From contig NIVC01001564.1 in NCBI GenBank assembly GCA_002269645.1, positions 62,001 to 126,000 on the forward strand: 64,000 nt of DNA. Direction: 5' to 3'. Within the stretch, counting starts at the first letter, position 1. Every line of letters starts with the position of its first letter. The stretch is from Macrostomum lignano (Eukaryota). The notes under the pieces are model-generated. The model saw only the letters and a list, made by a program, of their open reading frames with translations. It was not told the DNA's origin and searched no databases. Made by a program: the position numbers and the translations under genes. Shown here piece after piece: positions 1 through 13,560 of the stretch.

Positions 1-67
1 AATCAAGATGAGATTTCGTGAATTAGAGCCTGTAGCAGAACAGTGATTGCTGAGTTCTGGGTGCTGA

Positions 68-313
68 AAAGTTCAAAGGGTTTCCAATCCCATCAAATTT
101 CACTGCAAGGACATCTACCGCGGACTACTAGTACACCTGGACGATCAGGATTCGCGCATTCGCTCGGCCGTCTACGGCGTCCTGGCCGTTGCCGGGCGGC
201 TGCACAGCCGCCTGCTCGCCGAGGAGGTGCAGCGGGTGCGGCACAAGCACCGAGACGAGGCCCTGCTGACCCGCCTGCTTGAGGAGTGCCAGCGCGACTC
301 TCCCTCTGAATGA
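68..313 (+). CDS. DNAAF5: Terminal coding exon of a DNAAF5/HEATR2-like dynein axonemal assembly factor (5' boundary uncertain)
   Basis: A frame absent from the ORF track reads ...KFHCKDIYRGLLVHLDDQDSRIRSAVYGVLAVAGRLHSRLLAEEVQRVRHKHRDEALLTRLLEECQRDSPSE* (TGA 311-313). This resembles the remembered HEATR2 C-terminus (LYRELLVHLDD...VIHKHRS...QLL). The frame is closed upstream by TGA 65-67, so an intron must precede it. Confidence 0.7.
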   Translation, partial: KVQRVSNPIKFHCKDIYRGLLVHLDDQDSRIRSAVYGVLAVAGRLHSRLLAEEVQRVRHKHRDEALLTRLLEECQRDSPSE

Positions 314-846
314 ATTTGCCTATTAACCAACTTGTAATGTCTTCACCTTGGAAACGTTACCCTGACAAGAAACGCTAAAGAGTCATTGCAAACAACTCAC
401 GACGTTCCCACAGTGGGTTTTCTCAGTGAGTTGCAGGGTGCCGCTGGTCCTGGCCACAGACAGCTGTGGCGGCGGGCATTCCGCGGATAGCAGATTGCTG
501 CAGAGCAGGTTGGGTTGGAGGTTGTTAAGCGACTCTTTGACGACTTTTACCGCAAAATTCGTCGTTTTTAGAGTCGTCTAGAGTTAAGTTACTTCTTTCC
601 TGTTTTACTTGTGTTATCTGCTCCATCTTTTTTCTCCGTCCATTCAACCCCATGAGCTGTAGTGTGTTTTGCTGTTGTCTGCTATTGTCCCATTTTATTA
701 GCCGTGCTTAATAATACTTATTGCTATTAATAATAATAATGATTTTCTATCCTTAAACAAATTTAATAAGCTACTGCTGCCTAACACATCTTGAAAGTTG
801 ATCAACAAATGGAGCTTAGCTTAAAGTGTTATTATATTTAATTTCT

Positions 847-1815
847 TGTTGTAACCCGGGTCGGTTTGGGTGCCCAGTCCCGAGTACAATATATATTATA
901 CGTGATATAACAGGCGTTGTCACGCTCTGTCTGTACTTTTATGGATACGAGCAGGCGTGACGACGCTCTGCGATAATAGTTCGATCCCTCTGGTGTTGTG
1001 TCACTCAGAGTTCACGCTGCGACTTGAGGTGTGGTGACACTCGAGTGCTTCTAGTCTCAATACTGTAGGTTGTACACACTATATAGAGTAGACGGTACAA
1101 TACTACAAAAAGCTATATGATCTCCCGGCGTTATGACGCTCTGGCAAGAACTCAGCCTAACAAGCTCCCAGAAAAGAACGAACTCAAGCAGCAGCGGCTT
1201 ACCAGTGGCCAAATCGCCGTTCGTACGTTTATTGCTCGTAGGTCTCAAGCGCAGGTTCGCACGTTTGTTGATTGGCTCTGAGGTCTCAAGCCGGCTTCTA
1301 ATTTCTTCTCAATTCTCAGGCTCTTTTCAAAGACTGACTTCTCAATTGAGTTCTCGGGTTTCTGTTATCGTAGGTAGCTAATGTCGCTGTTTCTTACTCA
1401 AGTCAAGTCTCGCGCTTGCTATCTCGGAGCCCACAAAAACACAAAAAGCACAAACAGAGCAAACAGAGCGAAGGGCGTGAGCAAGGCCCAGAGCCGCATT
1501 AAATAATAACCAAACCCTGGGGCCGATGGCCCCACCGGCTAAGCCCACCCAAACAAGCTACCCCAACAAAAAAGAGACTGGCCGCGCCGGCCAGCCAATC
1601 AAAACCCCGCCTAGGGGGGGAGGGGCCGCACCCACGCCAAAGCTGGCCCGGCCGCAGCCAACCAGCCCTGAGCACGGGGCAGGGGCACGGCTGGGGAGGG
1701 GCACGCGCAAAGCCCGGCCGGCGGCCAGACCCTGCCACGCCCGCCAACCACCCCAACCAGCCCCAAAGTGCAACGCGCCCTGCCAACTGACAAGGGCGCA
1801 CGCACTGCATCTACA
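847..1815. mobile_element. Solo-LTR-like insertion of about 965 bp
   Basis: Termini TGTTG...CTACA with a flanking direct repeat: TTCT 843-846/1816-1819, or TTCTTGTTG 843-851/1816-1824. No coding similarity; GC-rich 1500-1810 segment. Confidence 0.45.
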
Positions 1816-1840
1816 TTCTTGTTGAAAATTAAGTACTTCC

Positions 1841-2377
1841 ATGGATCCCTCATTGCAGAATGACTTCCATCCCTCATTGCAGAATGACTTCCATCCCTCA
1901 TTGCAGAATGACTTCCATCCCTCATTACAGAATGACTTCCATCCCTCATTGCAGAATGACTTCCATCCCTCATTGCAGAATGACTTCCATCCCTCATTGC
2001 AGAATAACTTCCATCCCTCATTACAGAATGACTTCCATCCCTCATTACAGAATGACTTCCATCCCTCATTGCAGAATGACTTCCATCCCTCTTCCATCCC
2101 TCATTGCAGAATAACTTGCATCCCTCATTACAGAATGACTTCCATCCCCCATTGCAGAATGACTTCCATCCCTCATTGCAGAATAACTTCCATCCCTCAT
2201 TGCAGAATAACTTTCATCCCTCATTGCAGAATAACTTCCATCCCTCATTACAGAATGACTTCCATCCCTCATTACAGAATGACTTCCATCCCTCATTGCA
2301 GAATGACTTCCATCCCTCATTGCAGAATAACTTCCATCCCTCATTACAGAATGACTTCCATCCCTCATTGCAGAATG
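1841..2377. repeat. 24-nt minisatellite (CCATCCCTCATTGCAGAATGACTT)n
   Basis: Directly visible tandem array; explains the DFHPSLQN/MTSIPHCR ORFs. Confidence 0.97.
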
Positions 2378-3230
2378 CTATCAGTGTTAAAGAATTCAGT
2401 CTTTTTCACCGAAATTTGCAACGATCAACACCAGTGCTGTGCTTCTGTTTATCAGCTCTGAACTTTGTATTTATAAATAGAGAAGTTTTATGTTGCACAA
2501 AACCTGACAAAACAGATCGATACAGGGACTGAGGAGACTCAGCCTCGGCTTGAGTAGCCGTGACAGCTAAAATTAGTTGGTATTTAGAAAAAATATTAAG
2601 GTACCAAGCCTTGAGATAAATAAAAGAAACACTAACACTACTTATATAGTAGAGCGGAGGCCGTTAAATTTTAGAATTGAACTGGGGGGAGGTGCTGGAA
2701 CGGCAGCCTTTGGATGCCAGTAATAATTCTCTATCACGCGCCAGAATTTGATTATGTAACGATTTTCAATGAAAACAATCTGGAACCTCTTCTCCAAGTC
2801 ATGCTACTGTCTAATTTGCACAAGTAGCATAATTGGGATATCCAGTGTAAAAATGTGATAAAGTAAGAAATTACGATTGAATTTATTGCCGCAGGCGCAG
2901 TGACGCAGAGCAAGTGATAAATAAGTTTGCAGCGGTTAGAGTTAGGGGCCCACGGTTAGCAGGTATATACTGCTCTAAATTAATGTACATATGCTTGTAA
3001 CATCAGGTGAAAAAATAGCCACAACTATGGTAAATTCACATATAACAGAATAACTACGCTCGTAGATGTCACTCGCATTTGAAGTTTTGAAAAGTAGAAC
3101 GTCTTCGCGGTGATGCCATGGCCCATATTTCAAATTTAATTTGGCAGCTAAAATTTCTTCTCCTTTCTTTCTCTTGGGTGCGGTGCATATGGGGTTACGA
3201 ATGAACAAGAAGCATTTAAGTTAGACAGAT

Positions 3231-3465
3231 GAAACTCAGCCTAGGGGGCAGACTCAATTCGGCTCAGCCAATGAGAGAGCAGTAAGGAGAGAGGTGAAAG
3301 TCAGGCGGACGAAACTCTGCCTAGGGGACAGGCCCAATCTAGCTCAGCCAATGAGAGGGCAGAAAGGAGAGAGGTTAATGTCAGACGGAAAGTCAGCCTA
3401 GGGTGGGCGAACTCTAGCTCAGCCAATGAGAGAGCAGTAAAGAGAGAGGTCAGAGTGAGGCGATA
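3231..3465 (+). promoter_or_regulatory. Three ~78-bp tandem units, each with an NF-Y-type CCAAT box (AGCCAATGAG)
   Basis: Units start near 3231, 3311 and 3388; CTCAGCCAATGAGAG is conserved in all three. Confidence 0.5.
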
Positions 3466-4359
3466 AGAAAAAAACGAAACTATATTTATCGGCCTTGCTG
3501 GGGCGCCACCCCTCTTCTCTCTTGCTCGCTATGCACACGCACAGGATTTGGGTTGTTTGGACTGAAGTTTTATTGCAATCTTCAGTCTTGAATGAAGAAA
3601 GCCAGAAGCGATTGTTGCAGTTTTAAGTCTTAACAAAAGCCGCTAATTTTTTCTACTGAAAACAGTAGATGAGTGCATTTTTTGCGAATGACTTACGCAA
3701 GTATTCTATCATCTGTGATGATGCAACTTATTTTTACCATAGTTAAAACAAATAAATTTAAATTTAATAATATAGAGATAAAACATTTCACGCTAAAAAA
3801 AACTCACGGGTTCGCAGGCTAATTAAAAGAAGTAATTGAAAAGAATATGTCTGATTGAAGTAGTTCAACAACAACAAGACTGCTACCACTAAAACAGGCA
3901 AAAAAGAAAACACAAAAATATGTTTTAGCGAATTTTGTGAAGAAGCAGAGCATTAGAATTCAAAAAAGATATGAGCATATGAGCTCTCGTGAAATACAAT
4001 TTAACAGTAATAATAGTATGCATATAAATAATATAATTTCGAAGAAAAATGATAATTGATAAAAATATAGGGACAATAATTGCGACACATACACTCGTAC
4101 TACTGCGATATTACCTAAAATAACAAATATAAGTTTGTTCTGGGCTAGTGTGCAACCTAGCTATGCAACACCTAAGCGCATCTATCATTATTAATCGCGC
4201 AACAATTAAGCATATAATTATCTTGTGAATAAAAATTATAACTTTATTAATTACAGAAACATAGTGAAAATTTATAAAGCCTGACCCACAGAAAATCACA
4301 ATGTTTCTATTAATCTTTTCAAACACACTTCAGGCAAATATGTCAGGAACAGTTAAAAC

Positions 4360-4461
4360 TCAGATTTTGCCTTTGGCCTTGGTGCCCCGGGGCGGCGTCA
4401 CCGGGCGGCCGGAGCCGATGCCGCCGTACGGGAACTTTTTCTTGTCGGCCGGCTTGAGAAT
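4360..4461 (-). CDS. PPP1C: PP1 catalytic subunit, exon 5 (ILKPADKKKFPYGGIGSGRPVTPPRGTKAKGKI*)
   Basis: Acceptor ...TAACAG at 4462; stop TGA 4360-4362; carries the CDK-site TPPR tail typical of PP1. Confidence 0.95.
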   Translation of the reverse strand: MLKPADKKKFPYGGIGSGRPVTPPRGTKAKGKI

Positions 4462-4564
4462 CTGTTATTATGGTTTGCGAGCCGGTGACTTTGTACTTGT
4501 GGCTGGTCACATTTGCTTTATTTATCACTTTACAGATTCCGAAGACTTTAAAGGGTCTGATTGC

Positions 4565-5155
4565 TACTCAACCTCAAAACTACTCAAACCTCAAAACTAC
4601 TCAAAGCTCAAAACTACTCAGCTAGCTCAAAACTACTTAGCTAGCTCAAAACTACTGACAACTCAAAAATACTCACAGCGCAAAACTACTCACAGCGCAA
4701 AACTATTTAAATCTCAAAACTACCCCAAAGCTCAGAGCTACTCAAAGCTCAAAAAAACTACTCAAATATCAAAACTTCTCAAAGCTCAAAACTACTCACA
4801 TCTCAAACTACTCAAAGCTCAAAACTACTCAAATCTCAAAACTACCCCAAAGCTCAAAACTACCCCAAAGCTCAAAGCTACTCAGCTCAAAACTACTTAA
4901 AGCTCAAAACTACTCAAATCTCAAAACTACTCAAATCTCAAAACTACCCCAAAGCTCAAAACTACCCCAAAGCTCAAAGCTACTCAGCTCAAAACTACTT
5001 AAAGCTCAAAACTACTCAAATCTCAAAACTACTCAAATCTCAAAACTACCCCAAAGCTCAAAACTACCCCAAATCTCAAAACTACCCCAAAGCTCAAAGC
5101 TACCCCAAATCTTAAAACTACCCCAAAGCTCAAAGCTACTCAAAGCTCAGAACTA
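4565..5155. repeat. Degenerate CTCAAAACTA(C) minisatellite in PP1 intron 4
   Basis: Visible tandem 8-17 nt subunits. Confidence 0.9.
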
Positions 5156-5215
5156 GACAATCTGAAATCTTCAAAGCTTGAGCATTTTGTTCAAAAGTCA
5201 AAAGACTTCGCACTA

Positions 5216-5737
<522 letters not shown>

Positions 5738-5794
5738 CTAAGCTAGAAAGTAAGTTTAGCGGCCAATTTAAGCATAAGTATCTAAGCTATTAAA

Positions 5795-6375
5795 CTTGGT
5801 TCGAAAAAGATTTTTAGGTCAGCTTAGACAGATTTTTAAGTTAGTTTAGATGTAGATTCTTAGGTCAGTTTAATCGTAGATTATTAGGTCAGTTTAATCG
5901 TAGATTATTAGGTCAGTTTAGGTATAGACTTTTAGGTCAGTTTTGATACAGATTAGGTCAGTTTAGAAGTTTTCAGGCCAGTTAAGTTATAGATTTTTAG
6001 GTCAACTTAAATTTATATTTTAGGTCAGTTTTGCTGCGAATTTTTAGGTCAGTTTAGATGTAGATTTAAGGCCATATTAGACGTAGATTTTTAGGTCAGT
6101 TTTGTGCAGATTAGGTCAGTTTAGACGTTGATTTTTAGGTCAGTTTAGATGTAGATTTTAAGGTCAGTTTTGATGCAGATTAGGTCAGTTTAGAAGTTGA
6201 CCTAAAAGTTGACTTAGATTGACAGTTAAGTTATAGATTTTTAGATTAACCTAAATTTAGATTTTTAGGTCAGTTTTGCTGCGGATTTTTAGGCCAGTTT
6301 ATATATACATTCTTAGATGAGCGTACGATAGATTTTTAGGTTAGTTATTAAGAATCATATTTGGTCAGATTAGGT
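5795..6375. repeat. Degenerate ~21-nt TTTAGGTCAGTTTAGA... minisatellite in PP1 intron 3
   Basis: Repeated TTAGGTCAGTT core. Confidence 0.9.
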
Positions 6376-6494
6376 GGGTGTATCCGGTACATCCGGTTAC
6401 ATCGATAGTCCATAAAGCCAGTTTACGACCCATTTCGGAGATCAATGGTGAGTCAGGTTGCCCCTCAGATTAGCCAAGAATACGGTGTACTCAC

Positions 6495-6725
6495 ACTCAT
6501 CATAGAAGCCGTAGATCCTGTTGATACTCGCGCACTCGTGGTTTCCGCGCAGCAGGAAGAAGTTCTCCGGGTACTTGATCTTGTAGGCCAGCAGCAGGCA
6601 GATCGTCTCCAGCGACTGCTTGCCGCGGTCCACGTAGTCGCCGAGGAAAAGGTAGTTGCTCTCCGGGGGGAAGCCGCCGTACTCGAACAGGCGCAACAGA
6701 TCGTAGTACTGGCCGTGAATGTCAC
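6495..6725 (-). CDS. PPP1C: PP1 catalytic subunit, exon 3 (231 nt)
   Basis: GDIHGQ, GDYVDRG and RGNHE metallophosphatase motifs; CAG acceptor 6726, GTGAGT donor 6494. Confidence 0.98.
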
Positions 6726-6759
6726 CTGCGGCAGGGGAGTGTGAAATGTAGAGATCACG

Positions 6760-8512
6760 GTTCCTGACCATTCGCCAATCACAGCTGTTGATCATTCACC
6801 AATTACAGTTCCTGAGTATTTACCAATCTCAAGACCATTCACCAATCACAGTTCCTGGGTATTCACCAATCTCAGTTCCTGACCATTCGCCAATCACAGC
6901 TGTTGATCATTCACCAATTACAGTTCCTGAGTATTTACCAATCTCAAGACCATTCACCAATCACAGTTCCTGACTATTCACCAATCACGGTTCCTGACCA
7001 TTCGCCAATCACAGTTCCTGGGTATTCACCAATCTCAGTTCCTGACCATTCACCAATCACAGATCCTGGGTATTCACCAATCTCAGTTCCTGACCATTCA
7101 CCAATCACAGATCCTGACTATTCACCAATCACGGTTCCTGACCATTCACCAATCACAGATCCTGACTATTCACTAATCACGGTTCCTGACCATTCGCCAA
7201 TCACAGTTCCTGGGTATTCACCAATCACAGTTCCTCATCATTCACCAAACACAGTTCCTGAGTATTCACCAATTACAGTTCCTCATTATTCACCAATAAC
7301 AGTTCTTGATCATTCACCAAATCACAGCTCTTGATCATTCACCAATCACAGTTCTTGATCATTCACCAAACACAGTTCCTGATCATTCACCAATCACAGT
7401 TCCTAAATATTCACCAATCACAGTTCCTCATCATTCACCAAACACAGTTCCTGAGTATTCACCAATTACAGTTCCTCATCATTCACCAATAACAGTTCTT
7501 GATCATTCACCAATCACAGTTCTTGATCATTCACCAATCACAGTTCTTGATCATTCACCAAACACAGTTCCTGATCATTCACCAATCACAGTTCCTGAGT
7601 ATTCACCAATCACAGTTCCTCATCATTCACCAAACACAGTTCCTGATCATTCACCAATTACAGTTCTTGATCATTCACCAATCACAGTTCCTGAGTATTC
7701 ACCAATCACAGTTCCTCATCATTGACCAATCACAGTTCTGATCATTCACCAATTACAGTTCTTGATCATTCACCAATCACAGTTCCTCATCATTCACCAA
7801 ACACAGTTCCTGATCATTCACCAATCACAGTTCCTGAGTATTCACCAATCACAGTTCCTTATCATTCATCAAACACAGTTCCTGAGTATTCACCAATCAC
7901 AGTTCCTCATCATTCACCAAACACAGTTCCTGATCATTCACCAATCACAGTTCTTGATCATTCACCAAACACAGTTCTTGATCATTCACCAATCACAGTT
8001 CCTGAGTATTCACCAATCACAGTTCCTCATCATTCACCAAACACAGTTCCTGATCATTCACCAATCACAGTTCCTGAGTATTCACCAATCACAGTTCCTC
8101 ATCATTCACCAATCACAGTTCCTGATCATTCACCAATCACAGTTCCTGAGTATTCACCAATCACAGTTCCTTATCATTCACTAATCACAGTTCTTGATCA
8201 TTCACTAATCACAGTTCCTGAGTATTCACCAATCACAGTTCCTCATCATTCACCAATCACAGTTCCTCATCATTCACCAAACACAGTTCCTGATCATTCA
8301 CCAATCACAGTTCTTGATCATTCACCAAACACAGTTCTTGATCATTCACTAATCACAGTTCCTGAGTATTCACTAATCACAGTTCCTCATCATTCACCAA
8401 ACACAGTTCCTGATCATTCACCAATCGCAGTTCCTGAGTATTCATTAATCACAGTTCGGATCATTCACCAATTACAATTCTTAATTATTTACTAATCACA
8501 GTTCCTGATCAT
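6760..8512. repeat. 24-nt minisatellite (GATCATTCACCAATCACAGTTCCT)n filling PP1 intron 2
   Basis: About 1.75 kb visible array; explains the DHSPITVP ORFs. Confidence 0.97.
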
Positions 8513-8558
8513 TCGTCAAAATCGCAGTAAACAAACAGCCCAATCCAGTCCAACTCAC

Positions 8559-8690
8559 CACAAATTTTAAGCGGTGCCTCCAGCTCCAGTAAAATTGGCT
8601 GGCTCAAAAAAATCTCTCTGGACTTTAGACAGAGTCCGCGGATTTCACCCTCAGACAGTTGCACATTCTTGCCAGGTCGGGAGCCACGAA
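8559..8690 (-). CDS. PPP1C: PP1 catalytic subunit, exon 2 (132 nt)
   Basis: [45 protein letters not shown]; CAG acceptor 8691, GTGAGT donor 8558. Confidence 0.97.
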
Positions 8691-10114
8691 CTGTGAATAA
8701 AATTACAATTTCACAGGTGTTATAAATAAGTTGAATTTGAGAACCCAAACTGAAATTTTTTTAGGAATTAAAATGGAAAGACTGGGCATCAAATAAATAT
8801 CTAATTTATAATACATTTCATTTTATTTAATTATAACAGTATAAAAATTTCCTTGAAGAATTTCTAACAAAATATAGCAGAAATTCAACACATTTTATTG
8901 AGCTAAAACCAAGATAAAAATAAAATATACTATACATACATGCAAAAGCTCTAAATTTATACCAATTTTGGAACTTTGTTTTGACCAAAGAAATGAATTC
9001 ATTTTACAACTTACCCAATACTGTGTGCAACTAAGTTTGCTAAGCACTTTAAAACTTGCTCTGTCTTTTTATTATCTTCTTTCTTATTTTGTTTTGTCTT
9101 TTGTGAAGTTATGGTTTGTTGGTTTGTAAGCTGGGTAACTTTATGGGGTTTGAATTATTTACCTAACTTTATTCACTTTGTTTGCATGTTGCTTTTGCAA
9201 TTAGCATGCTCTATGTACTCAGTAAACCAATGCATACATTGTGCATACACTGTTGCAACAATAAATAACCTTTTTGTATTGTATAAAGGACCCTTTTTGA
9301 CTGATAATTTGCTTGAAACATGTTTTTCTATGGCCCCATGCTTTTTAAGAATGATGTTGACTTTTTAGACCTTATTAAATAGGTTTTTGGCTATTCTGGC
9401 AATATGAGGTTGAGTTTTATCAACTAAATAAAAGATAAAAACTTAAATATATCAATCTACACTTAGGATCATGTTATTTGTACTGATTTCTGGTATACAT
9501 TTGTGACAACTGGCACACACTTAGTGCACAATTTTTTCAAAGTCTCCTACTACATATGCCTATATTTTTGTATAACTATAAAGCATGTACTAAATAGCAT
9601 ACATACATTTATTCTGTACCTAGAAGAGGCTATGCAATGCCACGATTAGTAAAGGCACAAAAAATCAAAAACAAAAAATGTTTAAGTTATGAAGATTTTA
9701 GTTTTTTTTAGAAAAATGATTAAGAAAATTTATATAGCATAAAGTCATATATACTTTGTGTAGTATTTTATTTATTTATATAAAAGTGTATTAATATTGA
9801 AGTAAGCTAGGGGCTATGAGATTTTAGACAACTGCTAGCACACTTATTGTATGGTACATTTTTGCTTAGTGTACTTAGTATATAATCAAAAATGTTTTAG
9901 GTAACTTCTAGCATACATATAATATATTATATATTCTTGACTATAGATATCAATGATATATAGACACATTTTAGTTAAATAAAAAGCTTTACCAAAAATA
10001 TTAGTAAAAAAAGTTTCTGGGCAATATATAGATAAACCATTTTTAGAATAAGCCTAGTATGTATTCAGTCAATCCAGCATTAGGATGATCTGGCAACAGA
10101 CAATCTGGCAACCA

Positions 10115-11100
10115 CACTTTGGATCATATAGTATATATCCAAAAATTCGGGTGTGCATTGGCCTTACATTCCAAAAGTAGGCATGCACAATTGGCATATA
10201 TCACTGCTAAGAAAATAGTATGTCTGCACACCTAGTGTGCACTTTATAGAATCATGCAGACAGTGCTACTACTCACAACAAAATTATTTATGCGCACAAT
10301 TTAAAAAATTGTGCAGGTAGAAACCTAAGCTGATTGTTGTTAGTAAAATGAAGAAACAAATAAAGAAATTCAGTCTAGCATCCTTTTTTTCTTGTCAAAT
10401 TTTTTTCTCAGTCACAACTTTCAAAACTTTGAAATCCCTAAAAATTCTTTCCTAAATAAATCAAAGGATAAATCAAATGCTTAATGCTTGAAAATGAAGA
10501 AATTAGTATGAAAATTGTGTGTTTAATTTTAAGTGCAAACAAAGAACAGCCATAACTGACAAATGAAATATCAATGTATCATCATTTGAAGTGGAATTGA
10601 ACATTTTGTACTGCCAGATTGTCAACAATCCAAAGTCTGATTTGCATAGAAATTTAGGGTTTTGCACATTATTTGTATATTTGTGCAGAAAAATGCGTTG
10701 CTATGGCAACACTGCATACAGAAGAGTTATTGTAAAGTAAAAAAAGATGAAAGTTCATTTTTAAATATAAATTTTAAGCTTTTCCTCTCCGGGTTTTGTA
10801 AGCTTATAATGAAGTATTTAAAATTTTTTTGCATGCATCAAATTTTTACTAGAAATAATATCACTAAAAAAGCTGAAAAATTAACCAATTATCTGCCAAA
10901 AATGGTCTATTATGCAAATCAAAACAAGGCATTGATTGTCACAATGCATTGTAAAAAAAAGGTCATTTATTGTTGAAACACTGATATAGTTTTGAGAATG
11001 GGTGTGCACTCAATTTTTTGGAGTGCATTTGTAATTCTTTGATTTTTGTTTGGGCATGCAGCTAGCATGATCTGGACTATGGTCCAACAACAGTCAAAAT
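10115..11100 (+). repeat. Unclassified dispersed repeat, copy 1
   Basis: 10130-10254 and 10720-11090 align by eye with 40380-40870, which lacks the middle ~465 bp. Confidence 0.7.
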
Positions 11101-12690
11101 AGCAACAGTCAATCTGGCAACAAGATATAGTAAAAAGCTAGGCATTGGCATTTAAATATATAAGAAAACTTCAATTGTTATAATAACTAAATATTTGTTC
11201 TTATTGTTATTAATAATAAATACTTTTTTATCTCTTAGAAATACTTTTTTATAGGCCCTAGAATAAAAATAAGTTCAAAAATGCAATCAAATCTGTTGTG
11301 TGGTATAATAAGTAGGGATGCTAACCCTGGGGACAGCCTCCCGGGGACTCCAAATGAAGGTCCAGGGTTTTGTCCCCAGGGTTTTTTCCAGTAATACCTG
11401 GATAGAAAATTTTATTTTAAATGTCTTTAGTATTAGTAAAACTGGACTTTTTCAAGTTTATGTTGATAAAATAGTTTCAATTTGGATAGGATCATAATTT
11501 TGTCTCTATAGGGGTTTTTGATGGTGCTGATTTCAAATTTGAGCTCTATTTTTAGGTAGCTTTAACCCAATTATATGTAGCTTAAAACCAACCACCGGGG
11601 CATGGGGAATGGGGGGTTTTAGGGTGAGGAGATTCTTCATGGGGATTGATTTTATCAACATAAACTTGAATAGAGGCATAGAGACCTATTCAAGATTGTG
11701 TTGATAAATTCCAATTCTAATAGGGGGGGGGGGGTTGAAACAAGTTGGAATTTATTTGATAATGAATCTCTGTTTAATTATATCAACATAAACTTGAATC
11801 AATATAACTTTATCTAAATTAATTTGCTTACCAAAATTAAGTGTTGTTACTGCCTTAATACAATAGAATTAGTAATCTAGCCTTGTACAGTAGTTGGTTT
11901 TGAGGTGCGAAATACAAGTGCAAGTTTTGAATGTTGCTTTGGCTGGGTGCAATGAAAGTGCAAGTGCAAAGATTAAGTAGGTTGTGACGTGACAGTTTTA
12001 AAAAAAAGCACACAGTGACATGGCACTGTCTATGCATTATAACTAAATTGAAAAACTATAATCCGCAAACATAAAAAACATTTGCATATTAATTTGTAGA
12101 TATTAATATTCATCTTTAATTGGCCTAATGAAGTTCTAGCACATGTGCCATAAAATTAAAAGTCAAGTGGATACACTTTCAAAAATGTATTTGTAGAAAC
12201 TTTTTCTTACCGAACCTCATTAAGAGAATAGGGAATCAAGTAAATCGTCATTGCATCAACCGTACAGGTAACTTTCTACACTTTTTTTGCATTTTTGTAA
12301 TTTTGGGTGCCCTATAAGTCTCCACCACAAGTTTCAGAAAAATCGAAAAATCGGAAGTATTTTATCAACATAAACTTGAAGAAGTCCGTAAAACTAAATA
12401 TGTGAATAAAAGAATTATAGTATATCTTTACGCATACTACTGTTTTTAAGCATGTCTGTTTTTAAGAGACAACTGCTTTCTAGAACATTTCGTCAAATTT
12501 TACAGCATTTTTCTGCGCCATAGAAACATATAGCTAATGGCTGGCATATATAGCATAGTATTTATATCTACCAATATCCACCAATTTAGTCAAGCCATTA
12601 AATTTAAGAATTCAATCTAGTCAATCGATTTAAAAAATTCATAACCTCGTCCGAGAGGTGAACAGCAATACAGCATTAGTTATTACATAC

Positions 12691-12745
12691 CTTCTAGAAG
12701 CCGAGCAATGATACTGTCAATATTCAGCTTGTCTGAATCAGCCAT
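12691..12745 (-). CDS. PPP1C: PP1 catalytic subunit, exon 1 (MADSDKLNIDSIIARLLE; 55 nt)
   Basis: ATG 12745, GTATGT donor 12690. Phases join to a 984-nt CDS (327 aa). Confidence 0.96.
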
Positions 12746-13079
12746 TTTGGAATTAAAAACTTGATTAGGAAAAACAAATAGAAAGAGTAAAGTGGTTCTT
12801 CCACTTTATAGATAGAATAACGCTGAAAAATTATTCAGGAAGTCTCGTCAATAGTTTGCGGTGAGAATTTTCCAAGATAAAAAATAACTATTTAAAAAGA
12901 AAGTATTGTGGTAACAACAACAAAACCTACTAAAACAAATAATAATAAATCTCACTCAAAATATTCAAGATATATAGCCTAATTTATGATTATTTACCAT
13001 TAACATTTTTCTTTAAACAATTAAACTGTACGCTGTACTAATGTTAATATTACACAATAACTAACGCTTACTTACAATT

Positions 13080-13560
13080 GTAAAGCCTGGGCGCCATCGA
13101 CGGTCGAGAACAGCTGGGCGAGATCGTCGGCTCAGTCAAGCATCGATTCAAAGTACTGTATAGCGTGATATATTTACGTTTTCAGTGAATGATTTGTCTA
13201 GGAAGCGTTCGATCTGAGATCGACCACAATTGGCTCAACATGACATACAGATTGATTAAAAAAATTACTGAGCTCAAACCCTCTTCGCCACACAAACTAA
13301 ATGTGTGTATGCAGCATTAAGATCTTAGAAAACTTGACAGACTCGGTCAGAAATCACAAGAAATTATCGGAAGACTGGAAAAAGAGTGTACAAATTAAAA
13401 TGCTTTTTCGGAGTCATTTTTAGACGCGCCCAAAAGTTGTAGCTTATTAACGAATTTTGGCAATGATTCATAGGAACTGTCAAGAAATTTACTGTCAATC
13501 ACATTGCATGTACATGCACAAACTTCTAGACACGTACATGTACGTAAACAACTCGTAGTG
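13080..13560 (-). mobile_element. Possible decayed hAT transposase C-terminal (dimerization domain) fragment
   Basis: Broken frames give SLPIISCDF*PSLSSFLRS...GEEGLSS, loosely like LPVTSCECERSFS...GEERLSSL. Confidence 0.3.

Noticed and set aside
1558-2532. Long ORFs over the 24-nt array (and similar ORFs at 6788-8495, 17976-18791, 19957-20655, 33790-34653, 35332-35856, 44158-44801, 45569-51583)
   Set aside because: Stop-free translations of tandem repeats, mostly inside introns or Helitrons; no evidence of coding function.
4301-4900. 199-aa plus-strand ORF
   Set aside because: Antisense to PP1 exon 5 and running into an intronic repeat.
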